A stretch of 64,000 bases of DNA. It comes from an uncultured archaeon (GTDB taxonomy: Archaea > Thermoproteota > Nitrososphaeria > Nitrososphaerales > Gagatemarchaeaceae). Every line of letters begins with the position of its first letter. The first letter of the stretch is position 1. This document shows, one piece after another, positions 19,852-30,455 of the stretch. The stretch lies in NCBI GenBank assembly GCA_963799775.1, contig CAWCYD010000003.1, positions 1,600,001 to 1,664,000 of the forward strand, read 5' to 3'. The notes beneath the pieces were generated by a model. It searched no databases. It was given only the letters and a program-made list of their open reading frames with translations, and had not been told where the DNA came from. Both the position numbers and the translations under genes were made by a program.

Positions 19852-21172
19852 ATGCGTTCGAGAAGGGCACTTGCCGTCATCGTATTGCTGCTTGTCGTCG
19901 TCGGGGGAGGAGTAGTAGTGGGTCTGACCGGGGCGCCGAATGCCTTGCGGGCAGGGTCGATGTTGAACGCACCCTCCACACAGAACATCGAGGCGGGCCC
20001 GGCCCTCGCGAGCATCGGGACGAGCTTCGGCTTTGGGGCGGTGGCGAGCTCGACTTCGGCCGCAGCCAACGTCCCTATCTCTGCCGGAGCAGTCACCACT
20101 TTGACTACGACCGAGATCGCGTCTTCGACCGTATCCGCGCCCGCGAGCGGCAGCACCATTGCTATTCAGGGCAACTCGCAGGCGTTTTCGACAGGAGCGC
20201 CTCTTACGGCCGCCTCGGCTGAAGCCAACTCGAGCCGCGACATCGAGTTCTTCACCAACGTCACGCTCCAGGCCCCTTCGGCATCGGCTGCCTTCACAAA
20301 GGCGACTGCGATCGCCTACTCGCTCGGGGGATACGTCTCTGACTCCACCGAGAGCAACACCACCGCCCTCGTGGTCATCCGCGTTCCGGCGGCGAGCGAC
20401 CAGGAAGCCCTGGCGCAGGTCGAGGGTCTCGGCACGCGGGTCACCTTGAGCTCCTCGAGCAACGACGTGACCGTGCAGTACACCGACCTGAACGCGACCC
20501 TCCAGTCTCTGCAGGCCGAGCAGAGCTCCCTGCTTACGATCCTCGGCCAGTCGACCAACATCAACTCGACCCTGAACGTAGAGTCGAGGGTCCAGTCCGT
20601 CGACCAGCAGATCAATGCCGTGGAGAGCGAGATCCTGCAGACGAGGACGCTCGTCTCCTACGCCACGATTTCTACGTTCATCGAGGAGAAGGCGCCCGCA
20701 CAGCCGCTCACGATAAAGGTCACGGCGACACCGCGAACCGGTGACGCCCCGCTCAGCGTGACGTTCAACGCTGTGACGAAGGGCGGGGTCCAGCCGTACA
20801 TCGTGAACTACAACTTTGGCGACGGGCACCTCCTACGAGGGGCAGGCGCTCATACACACGTTCCAGCAGGCCGGGCGCTACAACGTGACGGTCACCGCAA
20901 CGGACGCCTCGGCCAACGTCACGGAGGCATGGACGGTGGTCAACGTCTCCCCCGCTCCGGCAGCCTCGGGCTTCGGCGGCTTCCCTAACTTCATAGGAGG
21001 GCTCTTCCTGCAGGTGGTCGAGGGGATCGCGGAGGTCGCGGTGGTCGTGCTCCCGGTCGCGGGCGCCCTCCTGTTGGTGCTCTTCCCCCTCCGGCACAGG
21101 TTGGGGATGTCCTCAGGACGGCCCAGTCACGATGAGGAAAGGAAGGCCGGGGAACCCGACAAGACTTCGTGA
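19852..21172 (+). CDS. DUF4349-family membrane protein with PKD domain (frameshift near 20830)
   Basis: GGYVS..IRVPA..DVTVQYTDLNA coiled coil, SYATI; APLSVTF..NFGDG..HTF..GRYNVTVTATD; C-terminal TM. Confidence 0.75.
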
Positions 21173-21297
21173 CGATATTGTGTTGAGGTGATCTGCGGTC
21201 CGAGACGCGAGCGCCGTGCGTTGCGAAAGCAAAGCGTTACGATAATAACCATCTCTCATATGTCCAGCTATACGATTCCACTCAGGAGGGAAGGACA

Positions 21298-21777
21298 ATG
21301 CAAGCCCGATCCGCGGCGATAGGCGCTATCACGCTAGCGCTCGTGATAGTTTCCTTCGCAGTGGGCCTAGGGTTTGCCGGAGGCCATACTACGACGTTGG
21401 TCCAGTACTCGACGAACATAGTCACGTTCTCAACAACCCAGACGATAACCTATGCCTCCTCCGCCACAGGCCCTAATACCTCAACCACTTTCACAATCAC
21501 CAAAGAAATCATAGTCCAAGACACTTACGTGAACGACATATGCGTCATTACCCCGGGGGGACTCAATGTCGTCTCTTCCAGTTTCCTCGTTCCTCCAGGA
21601 CTTGGTAATGGTCCTTCGCCAGTGACAGTAACCACCACGACAATCACTCAGCCCGAAGCTGTCACGCTATACGAAAACGCGACGATATATTCGAACACCA
21701 GCTTCGTTTGCACCTTGATCAACCCCCACTACAACGTTACACAGACGAGTACCAATCCTGATTGCTTCTGTGCTTAG
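21298..21777 (+). CDS. small secreted Thr-rich protein
   Basis: signal/TM, Thr-rich, four Cys. Confidence 0.65.
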   Translation: MQARSAAIGAITLALVIVSFAVGLGFAGGHTTTLVQYSTNIVTFSTTQTITYASSATGPNTSTTFTITKEIIVQDTYVNDICVITPGGLNVVSSSFLVPPGLGNGPSPVTVTTTTITQPEAVTLYENATIYSNTSFVCTLINPHYNVTQTSTNPDCFCA

Positions 21778-21785
21778 GCGAAGTC

Positions 21786-22010
21786 TAGGCCGACGGCTTC
21801 CGCGCCGCGGTCACCACCCGAGCCTTGGCGACCGGAATGAGACCAAGGAATAGCTTCTGCATCTCAGCGTCTGGATTTGTTCCCAGCAATTCGCCCATGC
21901 GCCCTGTCGAGCAGTTCGTTGGCCCAGCGCTCGAATTCGACCGGGTCTGCCAGCTTCGCCCTGAGAAACTCGATGCTTTCGTTGAGTTCTTGATCAGAGA
22001 TGCGCTTCAT
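21786..22010 (-). CDS. small hypothetical protein (probable frameshift)
   Basis: MKRISDQELNESIEFLRAKL.. with TTATAT box ~30 nt upstream; read manually. Confidence 0.35.
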
Positions 22011-22200
22011 CGCTGTTCGACGAAGATAAATGGCGAGGTACGATATAAGCCCCTCAAAGATTCCGGAGTCGTAACATGTCTTGTGCGAAGGGACTCGTCA
22101 TGGTTAGTGTCGCCACAGCGGTTCGTTGCTCCCCAGGGATTCATCTGACGAAATGAAGCGCTTCATCCGCGGTTAGAGATGCGAGACCACAGATCTTCTG

Positions 22201-23793
22201 TCATTGGAAGACGAATTGTGCCGAGATTATGGTTGAGTCCATAAAGTCCGCCGGATTTACCGCGCTGAGGTTTGTCGTCCAGCTGAAGTCGAACGTAGCC
22301 GTCACATTGCCTGTCCGAACAAGTTGGTAGACGAAAGCATCGTGGCACGCAGGACTGTATAGGGTGACGTTCCCGCCTGGCGCCAGGAGGATTGGTGAAG
22401 TGATGCCATAGCAGGCGTAAGATGCGACCTTCTGAAGGCCAGAGTCTTGAGCAAAGGATGCCGACAACCCCCCGCCAGACCCTGACGAAATCAAGACTTG
22501 AGTACTCCCTCTGTTCTCAATCGTTACTAAGAACTTGACATAAGACTGGCCGTCTACTGCTCCGCAACCTTGGCAGACTTCCTGTGTCGCCTGCACAGAA
22601 TCCACCTGCACCTGACTGGTCGAGTTGTAGCTGAATGACGCGCACGTCGTGCTAGACGGGCAGTTGGCGGGCGCGGCGACGTCGACGGTCGTGGCGGTCG
22701 TGTAACTCACTGAGTTCGAATATGTTTCACAGGACTCGATAGGTCCCTCGAGAATGATCGAGAAGTTATAGTTGTTCACTGTGAAACTGCCGGTCGGGTT
22801 GTAGAAGGCCCCGTTGGGCTCGGCCTCGTAGGTGTAGTTCCCGGCGGGCAAAGTGAATACCATTGTCGAGAAGTTAGCGTCGTCCGATGATGCCGCGTAG
22901 CCACCCCCGGTCGGGAGGGTGCTGTTCGCCGGCAGTTGCTGCCGCAGATTGGCCTGAGTGTCGTCCGCCTCGTTTCCCTGAATGCTCAGGCTCCATGGCG
23001 CGGTGTAGACGAGAGGAGAGCATGCTCCCACCTGCCGGAAGGTCACCATGAAGCCTTTCTGTGACGACGTGACACCCGTTGAGACCTGGGAGAGGACGAC
23101 GTGTCCCCACTCGTCTTCCGCCAACACAGTGTAGGTCCCCGACGGGAACCGCTGAAAGGTCCAGGTCTGTCCCGAAGACTTCCAGTATCCGCCAACTGAA
23201 AGGCTCGCGTAAGCCGAGAAGCGGCACTCGCTTGCATAGCAGGGCTCGGCGCCGCTATCCCTGAACGCGTCGAAGAGGAGGTAGGGTATCGGCGCACTAA
23301 CGGTCGGACAGGAGACAGGGGCCGCCGGGTCGTAGATGTCCAGCGCGGCGGCCGAGGAGTAGTTGCTTTTGTCGTAGTATCCCTGGAGGACTGCGTACCG
23401 GATGGGAAGCTGATTGTAGTCCCCGCAGGGAGAGCTGTTGGTGTCCGGAAAGGGCCAGTTGTTCGCCGTGGTCACGTTGTTCACCCTGTTCAGGAGGTTG
23501 GTTTCGTTCGTCGAGATGAAGAGGGCGCCCGTCGAGTTTGTGGAGACAGACAGGCCTAGCGCAAGCCCTAGCGATGTGCTTTGTTGTGAGCTAAGAGCTG
23601 TCGCACTGGAGCTGGCGGAGGTCGAGGAGGAGACAAGACCGGATGAGGGTGTGGGCTTCGTTGACGACGGCTTTGAAAGCATGGCGTAGGCGAAGACTGA
23701 CGCCAGCACGATTACCGCGACAAGCACGACAAGGACGGTCGTCTCCTTGCCGGTAGTCCGGAGTGGTGCCAAGTCCTTTGAAAGCGTAGCCAT
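22201..23793 (-). CDS. multi-domain secreted 'GDEWG' family protein
   Basis: NNVTTANNWP..GTYTVLAEDEWG plus two further domains. Confidence 0.75.
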   Translation of the reverse strand: MATLSKDLAPLRTTGKETTVLVVLVAVIVLASVFAYAMLSKPSSTKPTPSSGLVSSSTSASSSATALSSQQSTSLGLALGLSVSTNSTGALFISTNETNLLNRVNNVTTANNWPFPDTNSSPCGDYNQLPIRYAVLQGYYDKSNYSSAAALDIYDPAAPVSCPTVSAPIPYLLFDAFRDSGAEPCYASECRFSAYASLSVGGYWKSSGQTWTFQRFPSGTYTVLAEDEWGHVVLSQVSTGVTSSQKGFMVTFRQVGACSPLVYTAPWSLSIQGNEADDTQANLRQQLPANSTLPTGGGYAASSDDANFSTMVFTLPAGNYTYEAEPNGAFYNPTGSFTVNNYNFSIILEGPIESCETYSNSVSYTTATTVDVAAPANCPSSTTCASFSYNSTSQVQVDSVQATQEVCQGCGAVDGQSYVKFLVTIENRGSTQVLISSGSGGGLSASFAQDSGLQKVASYACYGITSPILLAPGGNVTLYSPACHDAFVYQLVRTGNVTATFDFSWTTNLSAVNPADFMDSTIISAQFVFQ

Positions 23794-23807
23794 TTTTCAT
23801 TAATACT

Positions 23808-23818
23808 TTTGTCCGAAT
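23808..23818 (-). promoter_or_regulatory. palindrome half-site upstream of TATA
   Basis: on - strand ATTCGGACAAAAG-TATTAAT. Confidence 0.65.
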
Positions 23819-23834
23819 GACTCTGTAAACAGAC

Positions 23835-25415
23835 TCAATGATTGACGTTGTTTATCCAGATCTGGAACTCATCCATGAAGGTCTGACCGTTGACACTCTC
23901 GTTCAGCGCGACGTTGAACGTCCCCTGGGGAGTGGACGTATTGATGCTCACACATATCTGGAAGTAGTAGGGCTGGTCCGCCTGGATGACGAATGACGAG
24001 TTGACTGGCGTGACTTGGAGCCAGCTCGGGAGACGGACCTCTGTGCCATTCTCGACCAGGGCGACGCCTGTTATCTTCACTGACAGCGTTGCGTTGGAGA
24101 ACGAGCCTGGGGTCGGGTCGTAGAGGCCTCCCCCGACGGCATAATTGGTCTGGTTGGTCTCGGTACTCGGAGTCACTCCCTGGCTGAAAATTACCCCCAA
24201 AGTGTCCGAGGCGAACCCCACCGGACCCGGGGACCTCAGGATGTGCATGCCACCATCCTCAGAGTTCAGAGCGATAAGGCCCTCTCCCATCAGGCCATTG
24301 GTGGAACCAGAAGCGTCGATGAAGAGCGAGGAGTTGAACTGGTACCCCGCATTCGTTGAGACGTCCCCGGCGAGGAGGAGCGTGGCATTGGCGCCTCGGG
24401 GACCGACGTTCTGCAGGTAAGACGGGCTGAACTCCGCCCACACACCGTTGGGCACGTCCGGTGAGCTCAGGTACACGCCGGTCGTCTCGTCGGAGGTGAC
24501 GGTGATTGGGAACTTCTGCTCGCTGATGCCATACTCGTGAGGCCCTGAACTCGAACCGCATACGTAGGAGTAGAGGTTCATCTCTACGTCCGTTGGAGAC
24601 CCTACGGTCACCTTGATGCCCCGCTGAAGCGCCGAAGCATCTCGCACCACGAAGTACACCGCGCCGATGTCGCGGACGGTCCGAAAGTCGAAGATGTAAC
24701 CGCCCGGATGGGCTGAGATCTGTCCGCTGAAACCTCCTCCTGAGAACCCGTTACCTCCAGGGATCGAGACACTCTTGGTCGCTATTTGGAGCGCCCCGGA
24801 CAATACCATGGGTCTAAGGTCGGTCGAGTTGATCTCATCGGGAGTGAAGTAGACCGTGAGGTTCAATTGGTCACTCCGAAGATCGGGACCGCGGAAAGTG
24901 AATTGAAGGGAAGCGTTGTTCGTTAGCTGGAAGCCGAAGAAGTGCTCGTCGAGAATTCCCGTCCAATAGCGCGAATCGTTGTGAAGTATGGATACGTCCT
25001 TCGACATGTTGAAGGTCTGAGGGACACCGACGACGGTAGACTCTGCTGAGCTGCAGCTGGTGCTAGTGCCGTTTGGGTATGACGTTGAGCAAACCTGGTG
25101 ATACATGATCGGGAGTCCCGTGACGTTGAGAAGAGTATCAGCATCCTCGCTCACTGCTGGAGTGGAGGTAGATGTGGAACTCGAGGCGCTGGTGTTGGAG
25201 GTGGTTGTCGAGGGTGTGGAATTCGCGCTCGAGGTCGGAGGCGCAGATGACGAGGTGGTGCTTGATGTAGAGCCACTCGATGCCGATGATTGGGTCGATG
25301 ATGTCGACCCGCCGCCAGAATTGGCCTGAAATTCCAGGGGCAGAGATACGAGAAGCAACACCGCCGCGATTGTTGCAACCTGTGCGGCCACGAAGGACGC
25401 TTCCTTCTTCCTCAT
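23835..25415 (-). CDS. secreted protein, MRKKEASF leader family
   Basis: intact paralog of 8781-10359. Confidence 0.75.
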   Translation of the reverse strand: MRKKEASFVAAQVATIAAVLLLVSLPLEFQANSGGGSTSSTQSSASSGSTSSTTSSSAPPTSSANSTPSTTTSNTSASSSTSTSTPAVSEDADTLLNVTGLPIMYHQVCSTSYPNGTSTSCSSAESTVVGVPQTFNMSKDVSILHNDSRYWTGILDEHFFGFQLTNNASLQFTFRGPDLRSDQLNLTVYFTPDEINSTDLRPMVLSGALQIATKSVSIPGGNGFSGGGFSGQISAHPGGYIFDFRTVRDIGAVYFVVRDASALQRGIKVTVGSPTDVEMNLYSYVCGSSSGPHEYGISEQKFPITVTSDETTGVYLSSPDVPNGVWAEFSPSYLQNVGPRGANATLLLAGDVSTNAGYQFNSSLFIDASGSTNGLMGEGLIALNSEDGGMHILRSPGPVGFASDTLGVIFSQGVTPSTETNQTNYAVGGGLYDPTPGSFSNATLSVKITGVALVENGTEVRLPSWLQVTPVNSSFVIQADQPYYFQICVSINTSTPQGTFNVALNESVNGQTFMDEFQIWINNVNH

Positions 25416-25504
25416 CGAGGGTCGAGGATTTGGCCCTCAGGTCACTTTTATCCCGTGTGGATGGCGGAGATGGGTACCTAACAAGCTCGTAGTCTACATT
25501 ATTT

Positions 25505-26692
25505 TCATTGATTCAAGTCGAAACTCATGGCGAACGATGTAGAGTTGACCAAGAAACAATACCCATAGGGGGATTCTATGTCGTCGCCCTTCACACTGAA
25601 CATGCAGTTGGCATGGCCGGGCTCGCTAGGTTGATCCGCATACGGGTACCACACGGTTATTGTGTAGCTCGTCAGCGGTGAGCCCACGTCTCCCAGTCCA
25701 GAGGGGACTTGTGTTGTGCAGCCGGTCGAAGTCGCGGCCTCCGCAGCGCAGTTGAAAATGAATGCCTGGGAAAAATCTGAAGTTTCGCACGGAGCAGGGT
25801 TAAGGTTCTCAGCGCAGGCTCCCACTGATGCTAGAAAGCTCCCCACTCTCGGGAGATTGCTGGAAGGAGCTACCACAAATTCCAATGTCACAACCTGACC
25901 CCACTCGTCCCCTGCAACCAGAGTGTATCTGGCGGGTAGAGAGGAATCGAGAGAGTTGTAAAATCCGGTGCCATTGGCAGCATAGATAGTAGCCTCGGCC
26001 TCGATTTCGCCAGGAAAGACTCCCTTGGCGAACTCCTGCGGAGTCGAGCCGGTAGGAAGAACGTAGTAACCCGAGAAATTTTCCTTGGCATTTCCGAGAT
26101 TGGCTTCGGTCATGAGGGGCAATGCGTAGCTCGTGATGTTGTGGAGCACAAAGATTTGCGTGCCGATAAACACGTTCGAAACGGGGCACTCTATCGCCGC
26201 CCAAGCTTGAACCGGTTCACCTGCACTGGTCAGGTTGTTGAGCCCGAATGAGCCTCTGAAGACAGCGAAGCCAACCGGGGAGAAAAGATCGTCGGCGTCG
26301 TGGTTTGGATCGCAGGGCCCTGAGGACAGCCCTTGAATCGCAAAGCGGTCGGTTGCTGTCAGATTATTCACGTTCGGCTCGGTGTTCAAAATTGAAGCGT
26401 TCATGCTAATGGCATCCTGGCTGGGTATCATCGTCGAGTTTACCGAAAGAATGAGTTTTAGGCCGAGCGTCGAGTTGGTTGTTTCCGAAGTCAACGTGGA
26501 ACCGCCTCCGGCACTAGCCAGAGTCTGGGTGGAATCAGAGACCGTTGTATGCAAGCCGTTGCCAGAAGACTGCGAGGCTGCTGATTGATTAGTTGACTCG
26601 CCCGGTGATAGTAAAGGCAGCGAAACTAGCACCAAGACCCCTATCATGATGGCCGCTAGCGCCACCGCGAATCCAGCCTGACTCGTCCTCAT
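25505..26692 (-). CDS. secreted 'GDEWG' + 'TITVWYPY' two-domain protein
   Basis: YTLVAGDEWG then FNCAAEAATSTGCT..TITVWYPY. Confidence 0.75.
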   Translation of the reverse strand: MRTSQAGFAVALAAIMIGVLVLVSLPLLSPGESTNQSAASQSSGNGLHTTVSDSTQTLASAGGGSTLTSETTNSTLGLKLILSVNSTMIPSQDAISMNASILNTEPNVNNLTATDRFAIQGLSSGPCDPNHDADDLFSPVGFAVFRGSFGLNNLTSAGEPVQAWAAIECPVSNVFIGTQIFVLHNITSYALPLMTEANLGNAKENFSGYYVLPTGSTPQEFAKGVFPGEIEAEATIYAANGTGFYNSLDSSLPARYTLVAGDEWGQVVTLEFVVAPSSNLPRVGSFLASVGACAENLNPAPCETSDFSQAFIFNCAAEAATSTGCTTQVPSGLGDVGSPLTSYTITVWYPYADQPSEPGHANCMFSVKGDDIESPYGYCFLVNSTSFAMSFDLNQ

Positions 26693-26741
26693 CTGGCGTC
26701 GCATCTTGGACACCAAGGTCACTCTTATCCCGTGTGGAAGT

Positions 26742-27968
26742 TCAAACGCAAGGGCCAGAGATCGTCTGAAGTTTTCCCGATATGCTCACTGGAAAATCGG
26801 TCGCGAGGCCAGCGCCCAACTGCTGATAGCCATGGACGTCGACGTACACGAAGACCTGGAGCGCTGTGTAGTTTGCAATCGGACCGGAGATGAGCAAGGA
26901 CACGCTATAGGTAGAGTTGGAGTCCGTCCCGAGATTCAGGACCGGGGCGCTCGTAATCATGTAGCCTGTCGGAAGCTTTGCGAAGGAGGTGGGAACCATT
27001 GTGCCCAAAGCGGTCTCATTGCTGCCATCCCAAGAGCAGGAATCATTCAAAGTATACCATTGTGGGTTGCCGTATGTTACGCGAACGTCGCTGTTGTTGA
27101 CATCGAGGCCTATCGTCAGCGGATAGGCGAAGCTCTGGACGTTCATCCTGAATGTGACGTTCTCTGCGCCCTGCGATGTCGCGAAGCTGGAGACCGATAT
27201 TCCTGAGATGTCGACCTTGGGGTTGGGGATGGTTCTCGTCTCGTTCGTCAGATATGCGACGTTCGCTCCTGTATAGCCGACTATCTTGGAGAAGATGGCA
27301 GGGCCACTGCTAATGCATGAGTTCCAGAACCCAGGGAAGTCACCGGATCCAATCATCGTCGTATTGGCGTCTTTGATGACAGCGAAGGGCACATACACAC
27401 ACCCGCCAATCATCTCAAGCCTGTAGAAGCCATAAGCTGTGGCATTGGGTCCGGCCTGAACTTTGTAGTCGACCACCACCGATTGTCCCCCCGATATCGA
27501 GAGGTTCGCAGGAGAAGTGGTGACCTTCAGGTAGGGCGAGACCAATGGAGTCCCGTCGGTGGTCCACAGGAAGCCTTGCCCGCCTGGAGAACCTTGGAGA
27601 TCTGTTGCCCTGTACACCACGCAGACATCCATGATTGAGTTGGGTTTCATGACTAGAACGGGAGCGACCTGGTCATCGATTACGGTGCCATTTGCGAGAG
27701 TTGTCTGATTATCGGAGGATTGCGGGAAAGTATCAGCGCAAGGCATCGACGAGTTCGCGAGGCCGGTCTGGTTGGTGCCTCTCGAGGTTGATGATGGTGA
27801 TGAACTACTTGGCCCATTTGACGAGGTTCCAATCGACGAACTCGAGTTCGTATTAGACTGGACGGTGATTTCGTTTCCTGGCGATTGGAGTGGTAGAGAA
27901 ACGAGTATCAAGACCCCTATCATGATTGCCGCTAGCGCTACGGCAAACCCTCCCTCCTTTCTTCTCAT
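26742..27968 (-). CDS. secreted protein, MRRKEGGF leader family
   Basis: leader nearly identical to that of 25505-26692; domain similar to 10714-11442. Confidence 0.75.
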   Translation of the reverse strand: MRRKEGGFAVALAAIMIGVLILVSLPLQSPGNEITVQSNTNSSSSIGTSSNGPSSSSPSSTSRGTNQTGLANSSMPCADTFPQSSDNQTTLANGTVIDDQVAPVLVMKPNSIMDVCVVYRATDLQGSPGGQGFLWTTDGTPLVSPYLKVTTSPANLSISGGQSVVVDYKVQAGPNATAYGFYRLEMIGGCVYVPFAVIKDANTTMIGSGDFPGFWNSCISSGPAIFSKIVGYTGANVAYLTNETRTIPNPKVDISGISVSSFATSQGAENVTFRMNVQSFAYPLTIGLDVNNSDVRVTYGNPQWYTLNDSCSWDGSNETALGTMVPTSFAKLPTGYMITSAPVLNLGTDSNSTYSVSLLISGPIANYTALQVFVYVDVHGYQQLGAGLATDFPVSISGKLQTISGPCV

Positions 27969-28036
27969 CTGGCGTCGAGTCGTTAAGGCCTCAGGTCCCT
28001 ATTATCCGATATGAATGGCCATGAGTCCTATCTTAG

Positions 28037-29203
28037 TTAGCGGTCGTATGCCACGGAGGTTGAATTCGACATGGCTATGCCAGCGGGGCTGGTCACGAAG
28101 ATGGAGACAGTGTAGTTACCCGGGCCAAAATCAAACCAGACAGGAAGATATGCTGAGCCAGTCTGCCCTGCATCCAGCCTCATCGTCACCACCACGTAGC
28201 CCACGGTCTGCCCGAGTTGGTTGTGGACAACCGAATACACCAGTCCAGTCGATGCGACGGCAAGGTTGTTGGCATACGTGACATTCAGATCGCCTCCAAT
28301 CTGGGCAAGCACCGGTTTGGTCGTCAGCGCCCAATCTGCACTTCCAAAGTCGCAGCTGTAGCATGGCGTCGAGCACGAAGTCGAAGATGACGATGACGAG
28401 GCCCCCGCTGGACCGGGCAGGTAAGTAAAGGTCGTCGAGGCATTGTAAAGTTGTCCTGAAATGACCGCGGACGCGGCGATGGTATAGGTTCCGGCATACC
28501 AACCGCAACTGAGGCCGGATGGGTCGATTGTGTACAGGTATCTTCCGGTGACACTATCCAGTGGAGTTGACGCGTTCGTCATGAGCCCTCCGCTGAAATT
28601 CTTGACTATGATCGTGACGTTGGTTGCGGTCGCGGGCACGGGGCTGATGTTCCCACCGGCGGTGATTGGGTTCGTGGCGTCTGTCGTAGCCTTGTTCGTG
28701 GAAATCGTCATGGAATAGTGCGTGCCAGCGGAAATCGTCGTTGATGTCGTTGTAGTGGATTCTGTGCATGTGTATCCTCCGCCTCCGGCGGCGGGGACGA
28801 TGTACTCGAAGGCTGCGTCCGCACTGGCTCCTCCCCCGGAACTTTGCCAGAAGGCCGAGACCTGATAGTTACCCGTGAACCAATCCATGTACGGGCAACC
28901 AGCGATGAAGACTGCAGAGAAGTCGCCGGTTGTGGAATCTACGGGCACTGATGCCCATGTGATGCCGTGGTCCGCGGGATTTGTTATCCAGATGGTCGCG
29001 TTGGACTGGAACGCAGGTGGTGGAGAAATGGCCCCCGTGACTGTAATTGGGTTCTTCCCCTGGTACTGAGCTTGGTCAGTTTGAATCGACATCGAAGATA
29101 CGGAGCTGCCCGACGCAGGAATGGTGAAGCCGGCGAGTAAAGCCAGTCCGATACAAATCGCGAGCGTCACAACTCCTGCAAGGACTGTCCGACGCTCTTT
29201 CAC
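28037..29203 (-). CDS. secreted protein with internally repeated Ig-like domain
   Basis: NPIT..G.ISP.P...N.TI.....P.DS.TG..W..G.Y occurs twice. Confidence 0.7.
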   Translation of the reverse strand: MKERRTVLAGVVTLAICIGLALLAGFTIPASGSSVSSMSIQTDQAQYQGKNPITVTGAISPPPAFQSNATIWITNPADHGITWASVPVDSTTGDFSAVFIAGCPYMDWFTGNYQVSAFWQSSGGGASADAAFEYIVPAAGGGGYTCTESTTTTSTTISAGTHYSMTISTNKATTDATNPITAGGNISPVPATATNVTIIVKNFSGGLMTNASTPLDSVTGRYLYTIDPSGLSCGWYAGTYTIAASAVISGQLYNASTTFTYLPGPAGASSSSSSTSCSTPCYSCDFGSADWALTTKPVLAQIGGDLNVTYANNLAVASTGLVYSVVHNQLGQTVGYVVVTMRLDAGQTGSAYLPVWFDFGPGNYTVSIFVTSPAGIAMSNSTSVAYDR

Positions 29204-29321
29204 GAGATGATTTGTGGGAAGAGAAATTTATCACTTCTGGAACGTGACCAAAGAGCTGCAGAAACCGCTATCTAACAATCTTGCAGTATCGATATATGAA
29301 ATCCAGTTTGCTTCGACTAGA

Positions 29322-30140
29322 ATGAATATTCTGGCGATAGGGGCCCACCCAGATGACATCGAGCTCGGATGCGGGGGCACCCTGATCAAGGCAGTCAGGG
29401 AAGGCCACAACGTCTTCATGTATACGCTGACCCGTGGAGAGGAGTCAGGAGACCCTGACCAAAGGACGGGCGAGCTGAAGAGGTCGGCCAAGTTCATAGG
29501 GGCCAAGGACTTGCGTATCGACAGCTTCGAGGACACGAAGCTGACTCCAGGCCCCGATCTCATCAACGCGATAGAGTCCTACGCGAACCACACGGACGCG
29601 GACATCATCTTCACGCACTGCAAGAAGGACATCCACCACGACCACAGGGCCGTCGCGATGGCGACGCTCGAGGGCGCCAGGTTCTCCTCCAACATCATGG
29701 GGTACGAGGTGCCGGTGACGAAGGACTTTGAGCCAATAGCCTACTACGACATCTCGGACGTCATCGACGAGAAGGTCCAGCTCATAGAGATGTTCTGGTC
29801 GCAGAACGCGAAGCTCTATACAAAGGCGAGGGCAATCAAGGGGCTGGCTGAGTATCGGGCGCTCCAGAGCAGGATGAACGTGGCGGTCAACTACGTCGAG
29901 GCTTTCGAGGTGGTGAAGCTTTGCCTGAACACCGACTTTAGGCTGATGAGGTTCCCTCGCCCGACGGAGTCAGGGATGACCCTTCCACAGGGGAGAAGGT
30001 GGAATCTGCGTGCGTTGGGCACGCGACTGGAATCGATACGCCCTGACTTGCAGCGACTCTCACCGATAGGTGTAATGACTCACGGGCGAGGAGCGCGGAA
30101 GGTCGATGCCCCGGGGCGGGTAGCAAGCGATTCCGAGTAG
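29322..30140 (+). CDS. PIG-L/LmbE-family deacetylase
   Basis: ILAIGAHPDDIELGCGGT, DIHHDH. Confidence 0.9.
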   Translation: MNILAIGAHPDDIELGCGGTLIKAVREGHNVFMYTLTRGEESGDPDQRTGELKRSAKFIGAKDLRIDSFEDTKLTPGPDLINAIESYANHTDADIIFTHCKKDIHHDHRAVAMATLEGARFSSNIMGYEVPVTKDFEPIAYYDISDVIDEKVQLIEMFWSQNAKLYTKARAIKGLAEYRALQSRMNVAVNYVEAFEVVKLCLNTDFRLMRFPRPTESGMTLPQGRRWNLRALGTRLESIRPDLQRLSPIGVMTHGRGARKVDAPGRVASDSE

Positions 30141-30385
30141 CGGGTATCTCCTGCACGCCCTCTCCGCTCGCCCCTCAGCTGTCGCCTGTGGGCGATGCAA
30201 TAGTAGTGATACGCGCCTGACGGTCGCTCTATCATAGGCTGCCCCTCGCGCTTGCAGCGGTCGCCGTTCTTGAGGAGGGCCTCGCACCTGATCATTACGG
30301 GCTTGTTTTTCTGGAAATCCGGAACGCCTACCGCTACGTCGAAACGCGCCGCCGAGCGCACAGAGGCGCTTCGTGCCGATGGCAT
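30080..30385 (-). CDS. small Cys/His zinc-binding-like protein
   Basis: CEALLKNGDRCKR..YYCIAH. Confidence 0.45.
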   Translation of the reverse strand: MPSARSASVRSAARFDVAVGVPDFQKNKPVMIRCEALLKNGDRCKREGQPMIERPSGAYHYYCIAHRRQLRGERRGRAGDTRYSESLATRPGASTFRAPRP

Positions 30386-30455
30386 GCCATCGGCTAGATG
30401 TTTTTACGTAAAAGCACCTATGGAGGATTAATCTGTAGCGCTGCGCTGACGCCTT

